From contig OZ286477.1 in the NCBI GenBank assembly GCA_965644265.1, forward strand, positions 29,450,001 to 29,514,000: DNA of 64,000 nucleotides, given 5' to 3'. A model generated the notes under the pieces. The model saw only the letters and a program-made list of their open reading frames with translations, ran no database searches and was not told the DNA's origin. Position 1 is the stretch's first letter, and every line of letters begins with the position of its first letter. Source of the DNA: Glycera tridactyla. Its lineage: Eukaryota. Below are positions 28,201 to 40,385 of the stretch, piece after piece. Made by a program: the position numbers and the translations under genes.

Positions 28201-29760
28201 AAAGAAATGGAGATAAATAATCATTTTTTCACCACTCCCTTGATGTAACTGTCTACTGTGTTTGCTTTCTTATTGTGATTATAATCATCCTTCCTCCCCC
28301 CCCCCCCACTCAAAAATAGGCAACCGTCTTGGGAATTATCAAATAGTGAAGAGGGTCCTCCATGGAAAGCATGCAGATAAGGGGGGGGGGGGTGAAGAGG
28401 AAGAGGTGAGTGAGAGAAAGCAGAGAAGTGGTGCAATCAGTGAAATACAATTTAGTGAGAAACTGCATGCGTGATATCGTATTGATATCATCTCAATTCA
28501 ATATGATGAGTACTTTAGATACCCTCCGTCAGTGTCTGTCTATGCAATTTGGGTGAAGCCTTCTCCATGTCAGTAGCTATGTCAGTTGGTGCTGGTTATA
28601 CAAGCAAACCTAGCATGTGGCACACCAATACCCAACATTCCTCCGCTAGAATAACTAATAAGTCTAAAGAAGAGCGCCCACGTGCGCCGGGAGATCTCTA
28701 AGAGAGAGAGGGATAGAGACAAGCCCTCCTTCAGAAATCTGGGGCAGCGGTCCTCCCGATGTGAGTCATGAGCGAGCTACACGTAGATTCGTCTTGTACC
28801 GTTATGGCCATATTTTATCACAAACGGAAGTATTCACCAAAAGTTTGTCAAATCGCCGTCATCCATGCTCTCCGCCTTTGCCCGAGTACTGATCTCTGAT
28901 TGGCTGGTTTTACACAAGCTAGCTACAACTCCATTCATGAATCGGCGCAGAGATCCATGAAACCTGGTGATAAGGTACGAAGAAGAAGCACTACTTTACT
29001 CCCCTACAAACAATCATAGCAACCGAAACACGCACTCACTATTTGTGCGCAGCTATACAGATCCCAGCTGCCGACGTTTGTATGCTTCAGCAATTGGCCA
29101 CAAAAACAAGTATAGAAGGAATTTCGTATTACGTAATCGCTACATTTCCTCAAATTGTCGTTCATCAGATCAATAGATCATCTTAAAATCGTGTTAGATT
29201 AAATCATTTGCATCTCTTACACAGCTCCGATCATGATTCTTTTGATGACATCGGCCTCGAGAGCCAGAATCGGCGAAGTTAATATGCCAGTCGAGCAGAG
29301 AGGTGGTAGCATAAAGATCTCCATCCGCAGGCAGAAATCTCAAAAATGGAGTGATCTCTGCACTCATGGAGGTTGGTGCTCGTCAGAACATGTACATTAG
29401 CATTTGTTGATGAGAAGCTTTCTTCGAAATTGGTAAAGATTGGCATCTAATCGAGAAGGATGAGTGGCATTAGCTGGAGAGAAATTGTCGAGGCATGATA
29501 ATACATTTCTCAATCGTCACAGGATGTTGCCTAGCAACACCTCCTCGGGCTAGATTTGTGCCATCATGATGAAAAACCAACATGAGTAGCTATTCAATGG
29601 TGTTAGTGAAACGAACCCTACTATAAATCTCATGGTGCGCCATACAAGAGCAGTCGGATTACCTTTTTGATTTCCCATCAAATATATCACCATTGCCATC
29701 GTTTGCATGCAAATTGAGAGCTAATTGAAAGATGGCAGCCAACAAATCACTATTTCGTAT
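25213..29760 (-). pseudogene. L: Viral L-like pseudogene, copy 4, central part, with insertions at ~26005-27380, ~28100-28470 and ~28665-29340
   Basis: Homologous to 6725-9100. Motifs GNGDIFDG/QKGNPT (~29660-29700), FIMMAQ (~29560), CQSLPISKKAS (~29420), SSGGMLGIGVPHARF (~28605-28650, LGG..RF-like), CSLEYAYKLIHRY (~27385-27425). Confidence 0.65.
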
Positions 29761-30142
29761 TCAGACAGCCTTTATCGAAGAGGACATAAGACAGAGGATA
29801 GTATTCACGATTTCCTCCTGAATTCAGACAGCCTTCATCGAAGAGGACATAAGACAGAGGATGGTATTCACGATTTCCTCCTGAATTCAGACAGCCTTCA
29901 TCGAAGAGGACATAAGACAGAGGATGCTATTCACGATTTCCTCCTGAATTCAGACAGCCTTTATCGAAGAGGACATAAGACAGAGGATGGTATTCACGAT
30001 TTCCCCCTGAATTCAGACAGCCTGTATCAAAGAGGACATAAGACAGAGGATGGTATTCACGATTTTTCCTCTGAATTCAGACAGCCTTTATCGAAGAGGA
30101 CATATAAGACAGAGGATGGTTTTCACGATTTCCTCCTGAATT
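29759..30142. repeat. 63-bp minisatellite (~6 copies) derived from the L-like sequence
   Basis: Unit attcagacagccttcatcgaagaggacataagacagaggatggtattcacgatttcctcctga. The first unit aligns with single-copy 9093-9135. Confidence 0.85.
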
Positions 30143-30649
30143 GACAAAAAATGTTGAGAACGCAGGGTGCATATCGATGAACAGATGGGTGAATTGATTT
30201 GTTCAATATGAATGTCCCTTAGAATCACTCACTAATTACTCAATGAATTGATACCTCTTATTACAAATGTGCACTCTATGTCTTTCGAAATCTTATGGAC
30301 CTAAAAAGATTGACATTGGAATTTTAATTTCAATTTCGATATGATAGAATAATGCGATGGAGTTTAATGATGGACAGATGATGTGTAGACATGTAACTAT
30401 TGAGGGAAATGAAATTTCTTGGATCGGAGTTCATGAAATTCAGTGAATTCATACCCACTATTCAAATATTTCAACGTGTAAATCCTCATATTGTGAAAGA
30501 TGGTTGTGAATCAACTCTCCACTGTCTGTCGAAAAATGTCTCTTCGAATAATTTTCTAAAATGACAGAAATTTATTGAGTACCTTATTAAATCCAGCAGA
30601 GTGTGAATTCAGAATACGAAACTTAGGTAATACAATGATGGGCGTCTTC

Positions 30650-30650
<1 letters not shown>

Positions 30651-30702
<52 letters not shown>
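30651..30702. repeat. (GTA)n microsatellite
   Basis: Pure gta run. Confidence 0.95.
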
Positions 30703-30704
<2 letters not shown>

Positions 30705-30779
30705 GATTCGTAGTAACAGCATTAGCAGCTGCAGTACTTCATGTAGGACATTATAGTATTCCTTACTGTATATTCTATA

Positions 30780-31474
30780 CAACTTCAAGGGCAGCGGCCA
30801 AAAAGTCTAAATATGTTTATAATTCCAGCAGTCCACGTCGCCATTTCTCTCAGGATGTTCTCACATAGTGGATGGAGATTTGAGAAAAAGGTTCTGATGT
30901 GGCATGAAGGGTCTTGGTCAAAGATAGATGCGTCAAACAAGATACTTCAACGTAGATAGAATCTGTGATGGATAAAACCAGTCAAAATTCTGATGGTTGG
31001 CTCTTCTTGTGTCTGAGCAGCTCACTTTACCAAGACGTCCATCAAGTGAACTCAATCAGTATTCCTGATCCTGGCTCCTCAACGGATGACGAAAAGATAT
31101 GAAACTCATAGGCCTTTGCTAACGGAAAGAAATTTATTTTCACATGGTCCGAAATAGCAAGAGAATATCAAGAATGGGTGATGAATTCAGCCCTATAATC
31201 AGAGGGCAATGAACAGGACTTCAGAAGAGATGGATATTTGGCCAGGGCGTTCAGCAAGATGAGAGGATGTTCAAGAGATGAGACCTGACTCCTGATTCGC
31301 CAAAGTAAAAACAAATCAGCATCAACATTGGGAGCGTTCGTCGATTTGAAATCAATTCATATTATTTGGTGAATCCTGAAGCCAGTCATTGCCCATATGG
31401 GGAAGGGGCAAGCGTCCCAGCATTTTGTTGAAAGTAGACAAGATCACAATGTCCCTTTGACTATTAACAGATAT
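30780..31474 (-). pseudogene. L: Viral L-like pseudogene, copy 4, N-terminal part (most diverged copy)
   Basis: Minus reading DASIFDQDPSC...NILREMATWTAGIINIFRLFGRCP, similar to the IFRxFGHP context of Mononegavirales L. Aligns with 470-900 and 19365-19700. Ends at an N gap. Confidence 0.55.
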
Positions 31475-32079
31475 NNNNNNNNNNNNNNNNNNNNNNNNNN
31501 NNNNNNNNNNNNNNNNNNNNNNNNNNNNNNNNNNNNNNNNNNNNNNNNNNNNNNNNNNNNNNNNNNNNNNNNNNNNNNNNNNNNNNNNNNNNNNNNNNNN
31601 NNNNNNNNNNNNNNNNNNNNNNNNNNNNNNNNNNNNNNNNNNNNNNNNNNNNNNNNNNNNNNNNNNNNNNNNNNNNNNNNNNNNNNNNNNNNNNNNNNNN
31701 NNNNNNNNNNNNNNNNNNNNNNNNNNNNNNNNNNNNNNNNNNNNNNNNNNNNNNNNNNNNNNNNNNNNNNNNNNNNNNNNNNNNNNNNNNNNNNNNNNNN
31801 NNNNNNNNNNNATCACCAGCCACTGTCTGTGTCTGTGCAACCAATTCTGGGGACCTGACGTGAGTAGGCTATGAAAAGTGAATGTAAATGTTGTGTTTGA
31901 AGTCTGATATCCTTCAGTTTACAGCATCTCTTGGCTGGCCTGCTGGCGCTTGGCCCATTCTCGAGTGAGTATAAAACCACATGCATAGAATAAACTGCAG
32001 AGCTGAGCACTATATGTTCCCCATTACTCTCCATCCACGACAGGTTGAAGATAACTGGTGGAGTTGTGGTGTTCCACTC

Positions 32080-33790
32080 ACTCGTCTCTACATAGAAATG
32101 TCTCCTTAGTGAGAAGTGCAGATTCTATAGATGTATGTCATGGTGCAGTTTCAAGCTTGAGGAGTCAACCTTGTCTATGTGGACACCGATCTAACAGAAA
32201 AAACCAGCTCTCAACTGTGGTAAATGCTACATAGTTGAGAAGTGGAATGACAGTGGTTCTTACTAGTATTCCTATATCACAGAGATCTCTGTTCAAGTAG
32301 GGTATAAATGTGTGAAGGTACAACAATAAGGGTACGTCAAGCTGTAGATCCTGCTTTCATTGCAGTTCTTCATCGTTTGTGGACCCATTTCTGCTCTTGA
32401 TAATACATGACGATCACACTAATGTGATCGCAATGGGACTAACAAAATGGCCTCATCCATAACTTATCAGGGAAAGACTATAACCTGAACCCATCATGCC
32501 CTTTTGTGTCGTTGTGGACTGGGCATGTACATCATTGGTTACTATCTTGATATAGTCGAACATTGGGGGAGATCATCTTATCCAACAGCCACATACCTAC
32601 TGAAGTCATCCTAAGCATTAATCGGGATGATATCTTGTGAAGTATAAGGCTGATTTGGTGTGCCTTAAGGTTGTCTTTGGAGGCAGTCACATTTCAGTTT
32701 TGTTAAATCCAATTATGATCCGTTCACAGTATACTATTATAGATTGTTGTTGGCAGATCACCAAGAAATACACAAATTAGGGCAATGAAAGCTACACCTA
32801 GTCTGGAAGTAGAGAAACACAAAGAAATAATAAATGTTTTAGAAGCAAGGTCATGGTTGTGGGTTTGCCGGGAGAATTGTGGTCATTCCCACACCAAATT
32901 CAATCAACTCACTCTTCCGTCAACAGAAGAGGATGAATCGAATATTGTGTCGTGAATGGACCTAATGATAAAATATAATCGTATGCAGGAACTGGTCATT
33001 TCTCACATTGAATGGAATTGTACAACCAAAAACTCTCTAAATGCCCCTGATTTAATGTGAAGATTCACACTAACATGGACTGTCTCCCTTGAAGAGCCTT
33101 GCATATGGTGAAACAGAAAATGGCTTTGATGGACTTCCAGCAGAGACATAACTATTTCTTCATCGAGAACATTCGTCAGTGAGGTGTGATTCGGAANNNN
33201 NNNNNNNNNNNNNNNNNNNNNNNNNNNNNNNNNNNNNNNNNNNNNNNNNNNNNNNNNNNNNNNNNNNNNNNNNNNNNNNNNNNNNNNNNNNNNNNNNNNN
33301 NNNNNNNNNNNNNNNNNNNNNNNNNNNNNNNNNNNNNNNNNNNNNNNNAGCAAGTACCTCAGTCTATGAGTCAGCGGAGAATAGTTGTTTGACAATATGC
33401 CTTCCTCCTAAATTGACGTCAATCAGGGAGGATTGGCCCACGGGGCCAAATGAGTTTTTTTGTAATCATCAAGATGAGTTGCCTAGCAACAACTCCCGTG
33501 AGCAGGTCATATTAGTAGCTTCTTGATTGCTCACCATCTTTATCAACCATTCACTCCTCATATCCAAACATACCCAGTGGCAGACAGGATTGTTACTGGT
33601 TGAATGTACGAATCTGCATATTTCTGAGTATTTCACAGAAGAAGGGCGCTCAGAATTTTCTACAACTTCATTCCACAATTACCTAAATCAGAATTATCGT
33701 CTGCATTGAAGTAGGAAATATGTGAAATGCCAGTGGTATCATATAATAGAATAGTGTTGGTTCTTGGTTGGTTGTATGTTTTACATCTGG
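32080..33790 (-). pseudogene. Non-L degraded coding region, copy 4 (X2 equivalent only)
   Basis: 32085-32820 is homologous to 2140-2900 and 20600-21200; 33440-33790 is homologous to 11560-11860. Confidence 0.45.
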
Positions 33791-34305
33791 GCAGCACATT
33801 CGCGAAAATAGTCAGACCCATGCACTTTGACTGGGTAGGATTATCAGCAACATTGTATTGTATTGTATTGACTTTATTTGAAAACGAAAAAAACAATTAG
33901 TCACAAATTGTGACCTTCTCCAGAGCATCGTTTAGAAGTATGTTTTAGTAATAATAATAGCGGCGACGGTTAGAACAGATAGGAATCACAGGTTTGACAT
34001 GGGAAATGACAAGTGGTGAGGAGAACTGTAAAAATGAAATAAGATAATAAAATAATAAGATAAGATAAGATCCGGGTTCAAGGTGTATTCATCACAATGA
34101 GAAGACTCAAATTGATAGAATTGTGGAGGGATGTGAATTGATATCAAAACCCCAGACATAATAGGATCCAATGAATATGGGAAGTGAACTATATATATCA
34201 TCACGGCCAATTGAAGGCCAGAGTTAGAAGGACCAAAAGTGAATGTTTCTGGTTTCGTGTAGTTGTGATGTGCGTGAAAGTGGTTGAAAGGTATATGGCT
34301 ACCAT

Positions 34306-35098
34306 ACAAGTTAATATCTATAGAGTGCACGAATAATCTCAATTCTGAATCACTGAATACAAGTTAATGTCTATAGAGTGCACGAATAATCTCAATTCTG
34401 AATCACTGAATACAAGTTAATGTCTATAGAGTGCACGAATAATCTCAATTCTGAATCACTGAATACAAGTTAATGTCTATAGAGTGCACGAATAATCTCA
34501 ATTCTGAATCACTGAATACAAGTTAATGTCTATAGAGTGCACGAATAATCTCAATTCTGAATCACTGAATACAAGTTAATGTCTATAGAGTGCACGAATA
34601 ATCTCAATTCTGAATCACTGAATACAAGTTAATGTCTATAGAGTGCACAAATAATCTCAATTCTGAATCACTGAATACAAGTTAATGTCTATAGAGTGCA
34701 CGAATAATCTCAATTCTGAATCACTGAATACAAGTTAATGTCTATAGAGTGCACAAATAATCTCAATTCTGAATCACTGAATACAAGTTAATGTCTATAG
34801 AGTGCACAAATAATCTCAATTCTGAATCACTGAATACAAGTTAATGTCTATAGAGTGCACAAATAATCTCAATTCTGAATCACTGAATACAAGTTAATGT
34901 CTATAGAGTGCACGAATAATCTCAATTCTGAATCACTGAATACAAGTTAATGTCTATAGAGTGCACGAATAATCTCAATTCTGAATCACTGAATACAAGT
35001 TAATGTCTTTAGAGTGCACGAATAATCTCAATTCTGAATCACTGAATACAAGTTGATGTCTATAGAGTGCACGAATAATCTCAATTCTAGATCACTGA
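34306..35098. repeat. 53-bp minisatellite, ~15 near-identical copies
   Basis: Unit aatacaagttaatgtctatagagtgcacgaataatctcaattctgaatcactg. Confidence 0.97.
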
Positions 35099-35129
35099 AT
35101 GTGGGAGTGGTCTGTCTCATGCGTCATAA

Positions 35130-35938
35130 GTGACTTGGCCATCATGCCAGTCATCGAAAAATGGTGTACAAAATTTATATTCGCGGAAAGTCACTCGCTG
35201 GTGCAAGCGATACGACTATCATGCCTTTCATCTATCCATAGCAGACACAAACTGATCTCTCCTTTAACTCAGTCAAGGGTGAGTCCGAGATTTGCTAAAA
35301 AGGGTGTTGTGCCTATATCACTACCAGCCCATTCATTTATTCACAGTGTACATAGGCTAACCCTTTTTCCTACTATGTCTTGTAGGGGTGACCCGCTTCA
35401 GGGTGTTGCAGCAGGCAAGTCAATTACCGTGCTATTAAATATTTAGATTGAACAAAAGTTGATTACTGTTCTTCCTCTATCGAGTTCAGTGCAATGGTAA
35501 CGTTTCAAGATAAGAGTCTTCCACACCATATATTCATCTATTGTGTGTACAGTCTGATTCATCTGGTTCATGCTGATGTGAAGGAGATATACAAGATGAT
35601 TGTGTAGCACACAATGTACCGTCAAACTTGTCCTAAGCATGATGTCAGGGGAAGTGAAAGAAGTGTGTCATGAATCATCAGCCACTCACATCTGGGGCAA
35701 GTTCATGCTTGGGACAGGTCATACTTGGGACATCGCCGCCTCAACCTTATTCATATACATATACATATTTTGCACTCCTCGCACTTTTGCAGTCAGCCAT
35801 CAACCATCATCTACATTTACTAATGAAACTGTACGTATTCATGTTGTATCCGTTCTTGTATATATGTTGACCTTTGGAGCATGTCAAATGACACCTGTCC
35901 ATGCTTACTGAATAAAGTATACTCAATCAAAAAAAAAA
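35130..35938 (+). mobile_element. 5'-truncated degraded LINE 3' end with A tail
   Basis: VIEKWCTKFI...GDPLQGVAAGKSITVLLNI resembles the LINE ORF2 C-terminus. Ends gaataaagtatactcaatcaaaaaaaaaa. Confidence 0.5.
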
Positions 35939-36510
35939 CGATATTCTGGCGTTATAAACAGAATCCTGTGTTGTAGGGCAAGTTCTTGCTTAGGACAAGT
36001 CTTGCTTAGGACAAGTCTGACTGTAACTGCCATCTCAGTCCTCGAGCCATATTGTACACAAGCTCAACTCTGTTCTTGCTCTTTCGTGTTTAGTAGCAAT
36101 GCAGTCAGGTCAGCTTCTACTCATTAATAATGCACACAAGCTTATCTGTATGCCTACCATGTGGATGCGGGTACGGATGTGACATGTATAATACAGCAAG
36201 CACTGAAGCTATCGCCACTTTGCATTGTCTAGACGATCCCGATGCATACAAATTGACCTGGATTCAAAATTCAGATTCAGAATGACTCAAATCGTGTCGC
36301 GTATATACATATGTACAAGTATGCATTCAGCTGAAACGGATTTCTTCCACACACACGAGATACAAAGATTACAGGTGGCAGCTATAGACAATTATGGTAC
36401 AAACCAAATATCCTCCATGTGCGAAGCATCAGGATATGAGGGGTTAATCTGAAGGTTTCAAACAACTGCCTGTGATGCTGTTTTTTGCCCCCCCCCCCCC
36501 CCCCTCCACC

Positions 36511-37130
36511 CGAATGGTGAACATATGAGCATCAGTGAGAGTTTGAACAGCCGAATGGTGAACATTTGATCATCAGTGAGAGTTTGAACTGCCGAACGGT
36601 GAACATATGATCATCAGTGAGAGTTTGAACAGCCGAATGGTGAACATATGATCATCAGTGAGAGTTTGGACAGCCGAATGGTGAACATATGATCATTAGT
36701 GAGAGTCTGAACAGCCGAGTGGTGAACATATGATCATCAGTGAGAGTTTGGACAGCCGAATGGTGAACATATGATCATTAGTGAGAGTCTGAACAGCCGA
36801 ATGGTGAACATATGATCATCAGTGAGAGTTTGAACAGCCGAATGGTGAACATATGATCATTAGTGAGAGTCTGAACAGCCGAATGGTGAACATATGATCA
36901 TCAGTGAGAGTTTGAACAGCCGAATGGTGAACATATGATCATCAGTGAGAGTTTGAATAGCCGAATGGTGAACATATGATCATCAATGAGAGCTTGAACA
37001 GCCGAGTGGTGAACATATGATCATTAGTGAGAGTTTGAACAGCCGAATGGTGAACATATGATCATCAGGGAGAGTTCAAACAGCCAAATGGTGAACATAT
37101 GATCATCAATGAGAGCTTGAACAGCCGAAT
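36511..37130. repeat. 41-bp minisatellite, ~15 copies
   Basis: Unit ccgaatggtgaacatatgatcatcagtgagagtttgaacag. Confidence 0.97.
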
Positions 37131-40114
37131 GCATCGCGCGTTTTCTGGATGGTTGTATGAATAAGATATGAACTATGATAGACATTTCGATCACGAACGT
37201 GACCTATTGTTGCCCCGCATTGCACATACACAGACTACGACAAAAAAGGAGCCGTCCATATGATACCACGCACATCGCCTCAAGACATAGGGAGTCACAG
37301 GGCTCAGTGCTCTCAGCACTCCAAAGATCTCAGGGCCTGGAAGGAAATGTATACAACCATCACGCTCTGTAGAAGATATACCCGATGGGTAAGGAGAGGT
37401 GTTTGCCAGCGGACCCACTCGCGAGTGTAACATAACATAACACAACATGATTTTTATTGCAAAAGAATATACATGAGTATTCACACAAGACCATGACTGG
37501 TCAAATGATGTACTCTTGCAGGCAATTACGTAACAGACAATATACGCATAGATGCAAATGGTGGGTTGCTAGCTTTGGTACAATTCGAATATCAATAGAA
37601 AGAAAAGTGATACAGTAAAGCCCATACTTATAACTGATGCAGATAATGGTATATTCATGCAAATTCAGATCAATTTTGGGAGATTTATGCAAATGATAAA
37701 GTATAGCCCTCATTCATAACTGATGCACAGAATGGTAAATTCATGCAAACTCAAATCAATTTCGGGGGATTGATGCAAATAATATTGAGCACATAGAGTA
37801 TGATGGTGAGACCCCTCACAAGAGTAGGTAGGTCAGTGTAATCGGTTGATAAAAATAAAAACTTTGAGAGCAGAAATGGATGGGTAGGACAATCGTGCCG
37901 ATGAGGAGAGCAATCGTGTGATAATGTCATGGCTGGGTCATCTACCTAGTTCAATAATCTAGGTTAATAATCTTATGGCTTCAGCCAAGATGCTCGGAGA
38001 ATGGCATGTCATAGTGTTTTAGCGATGAATAAATAAAGTATAGGCTATACCTCAATCGGATGGATCTACTTTGGTGTTCCAATTGATGCATTCTTTTAGA
38101 TTGATTCCAACTGGAAGCATCAAAAATCAAAAGATAACGCATTATCCTATCAAGTCGACAGAATGAGATTGCTTTCATTATGCTCCATTATGACGATTTG
38201 CTCGACATGCCTGAAGGCGTGCACCTCACACAGCAGCAGTGCCTGATGATTAGTCCGTTTGTTTAGTTTGTTTGTCTGTCTGTCTGTTTTGACAGTTAGA
38301 TTATAATTAGTAGGATGAGACCTTCTCCCTGTGAGTGAAGTTTTAGATCCCACCCAGCAGATGATTCATGTCTGAGAGACTCACGGAGGAACGGCCGCCT
38401 CATTGATAAGCAAATGCCCTGAGTTGCATACGAAATGACGGATTTGGGACAAAATATTGTGGAAGAGATATGACTCCATATTGGGATCACCCATGCTGGC
38501 CGATATCTCCCCAAAAACCGTGCATTCACAACCACACTTACAGCGTGTAATTCATGAGCAGAAGAGGTCAGGCGCCTTTGTATATGGTCAAATTTCCTCA
38601 CAAGTCCTCGAAAATCAATTTTCTTGGGTCATTTCTTTGTATATTTCTGATTCTTGTCGTCTTTGTATATTTCTGGATTGTTGGGAATGCTATGGAATGC
38701 ATTGAACAATGCAAAATCTGTTATCAATCTGTTATCAAAAACCCTGGTGAGAGTTGAATGCGGTCAGATTATCACCCAAATGTTTGATAGAAATGTTTAT
38801 ATGAGACCTGACAACTTCCTGTCAAATATACTATATTATTCATAGAATGGCATCGCTACGTGGACTTACTCCGCCAAAGCACCACGTGTGGACAGTGTAT
38901 GTATACAGATGAGCAGTAGATTATATCAGTGATTTGCCGGCATACAGATGTAGTATCCATATCAGCAAATACCGGGAAGTTGGACATGTCTCCACATAGA
39001 CATTTTATCTCAACATGGTCTAGCTCTGAGAGTAACTTGTTATACCTTCAAAAGTGACCACCATGAGGTGGAAAGATGATGCAAACCACATGATATTTCT
39101 TTCCACATCATTGTCTCAAGGATAGCCTCAATACGAGTCATATGACATCAGCTGATATTTGCCGATAGATGTATGTTCCCCATTCATTCGCCCAATTTAT
39201 TCCAAGCTGCTCCTATCTTTCACTGGCATTCGATGTAGGAGATATTCAAAAGACATGACAAGCACTACAGCCGCATATGATATATATTTTGCTGATAAAG
39301 TACATATAATTTTTATTATATGAAGCGATTGCTTGGCAAATGAGTCATGGGTACATTTTACCAACTTCGTGTTTTGAACATACTCAGGAAATACATAAAT
39401 CACCCAGTCTGGTTGTTAGGAGACAGAGAATTAAGTTGCAGAAAAGCAAGGATAAAATACAACGATAGATTTCTCACGCTTGAAACGTACACGAGAGGGG
39501 CCTCTTCGACTCAGGTCATTCAATATTTGCCACAGGCTTCTTCAAATTATCGAACGCTTTTGCAGTGCCCATACGATGATCAAATGATCAAAGCCTTAGT
39601 GCCCGAATTATTCAAATCATCATACTTCTTCGAAGATTAAGTATGCATATATATCCCCAGCACCCTAAGCCCCGTAACTTTCATGAACTTTCTCTATTCT
39701 ATGAGCAGTACATGTATTGACGTGTGATGTCCGATGACTAGCCCAAACGACTACAATGATTCCTACTGTTATGTATTATTCCATCCACCTACTCCCCCAT
39801 AAAAGTGGTCCTCTGTCTCATGGTATTTCTATTATAGTTTACAACATCATTACGCTAAGATATATGTTTCTGCACTCGGCGACCCATGTCAAGGACGTAC
39901 CCACAATCAATCAGCATTGGACAGTCACGAGAATATCACATGACCGAGCTAACAATGACGCCTGAATAAGAGGTTTTTCTTGAGCGTGTATGGAGCTATC
40001 AATTTCATGCATGCATGTGCACGCATGTGAGTTTCTGTTACAATACATCATGATTCATTCAAATAGAGATGCACGGTGCTGTTGATGAGTTACCAAGTTA
40101 GTCACTCGTTAAAC

Positions 40115-40385
40115 ACATTAGTTAACCAGTCAGTCAATCAATCAGACAGGTAATCGGTCAGTCAGTAAGTTAGTCAGTCAGTTAGTTAGTCAGCCAGTCA
40201 GCCAGTCAGTCAGTCAGTCAACCAGTCAGTTGGTTACTTCATCAAGTAGTCAGTCATTCGGTAATTCTGCCAGTTCGTCCTTTATTTACCTATTCAGTCA
40301 CTAGGGTACCTAGTTAGTTGGTTCGTTTGTTAGTTACTATTTAGCTAGTCTGTTACCTGGTTAACTAGTTACTTAGCCTGTTACG
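40115..40385. repeat. Degenerate (GTCA/GTTA)n microsatellite
   Basis: Runs of gtcagtca and gttagtta. Confidence 0.8.

Larger units (their letters stand above)
1..33790 (-). other. Tandem array (~3.5 copies) of a ~10 kb degraded endogenous negative-strand RNA virus-like unit
   Basis: Same-orientation homologous blocks: 1-715 ~ 9800-10530; 470-1570 ~ 19357-20180 ~ 30840-31300 (more diverged); 2140-2900 ~ 11040-11290 ~ 20600-21230 ~ 32085-32820; 2900-5250 ~ 12180-14210 ~ 22570-24590; 5250-6660 ~ 14215-16043; 6725-9140 ~ 25213-29800. The periodicity is seen directly; the viral identity is inferred from L motifs. Boundaries are approximate. Confidence 0.7.

Noticed and set aside
28665-28740. LLEISRRTWA as an L cap-domain motif
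   Set aside because: It lies inside a copy-specific insertion (~28665-29340) absent from copy 2, so it is a chance match.
29725-30144. 139-aa plus-strand repeat protein
   Set aside because: It is the 63-bp minisatellite read antisense to the L-like sequence.
31352-31858. ORFs spanning N runs (also 1513-1965, 33003-33526, 60661-61257)
   Set aside because: Their length comes from assembly gaps and microsatellites.
33986-34342. 118-aa minus-strand ORF
   Set aside because: It starts inside the 53-bp array and ends in low-complexity sequence; no recognisable motif.
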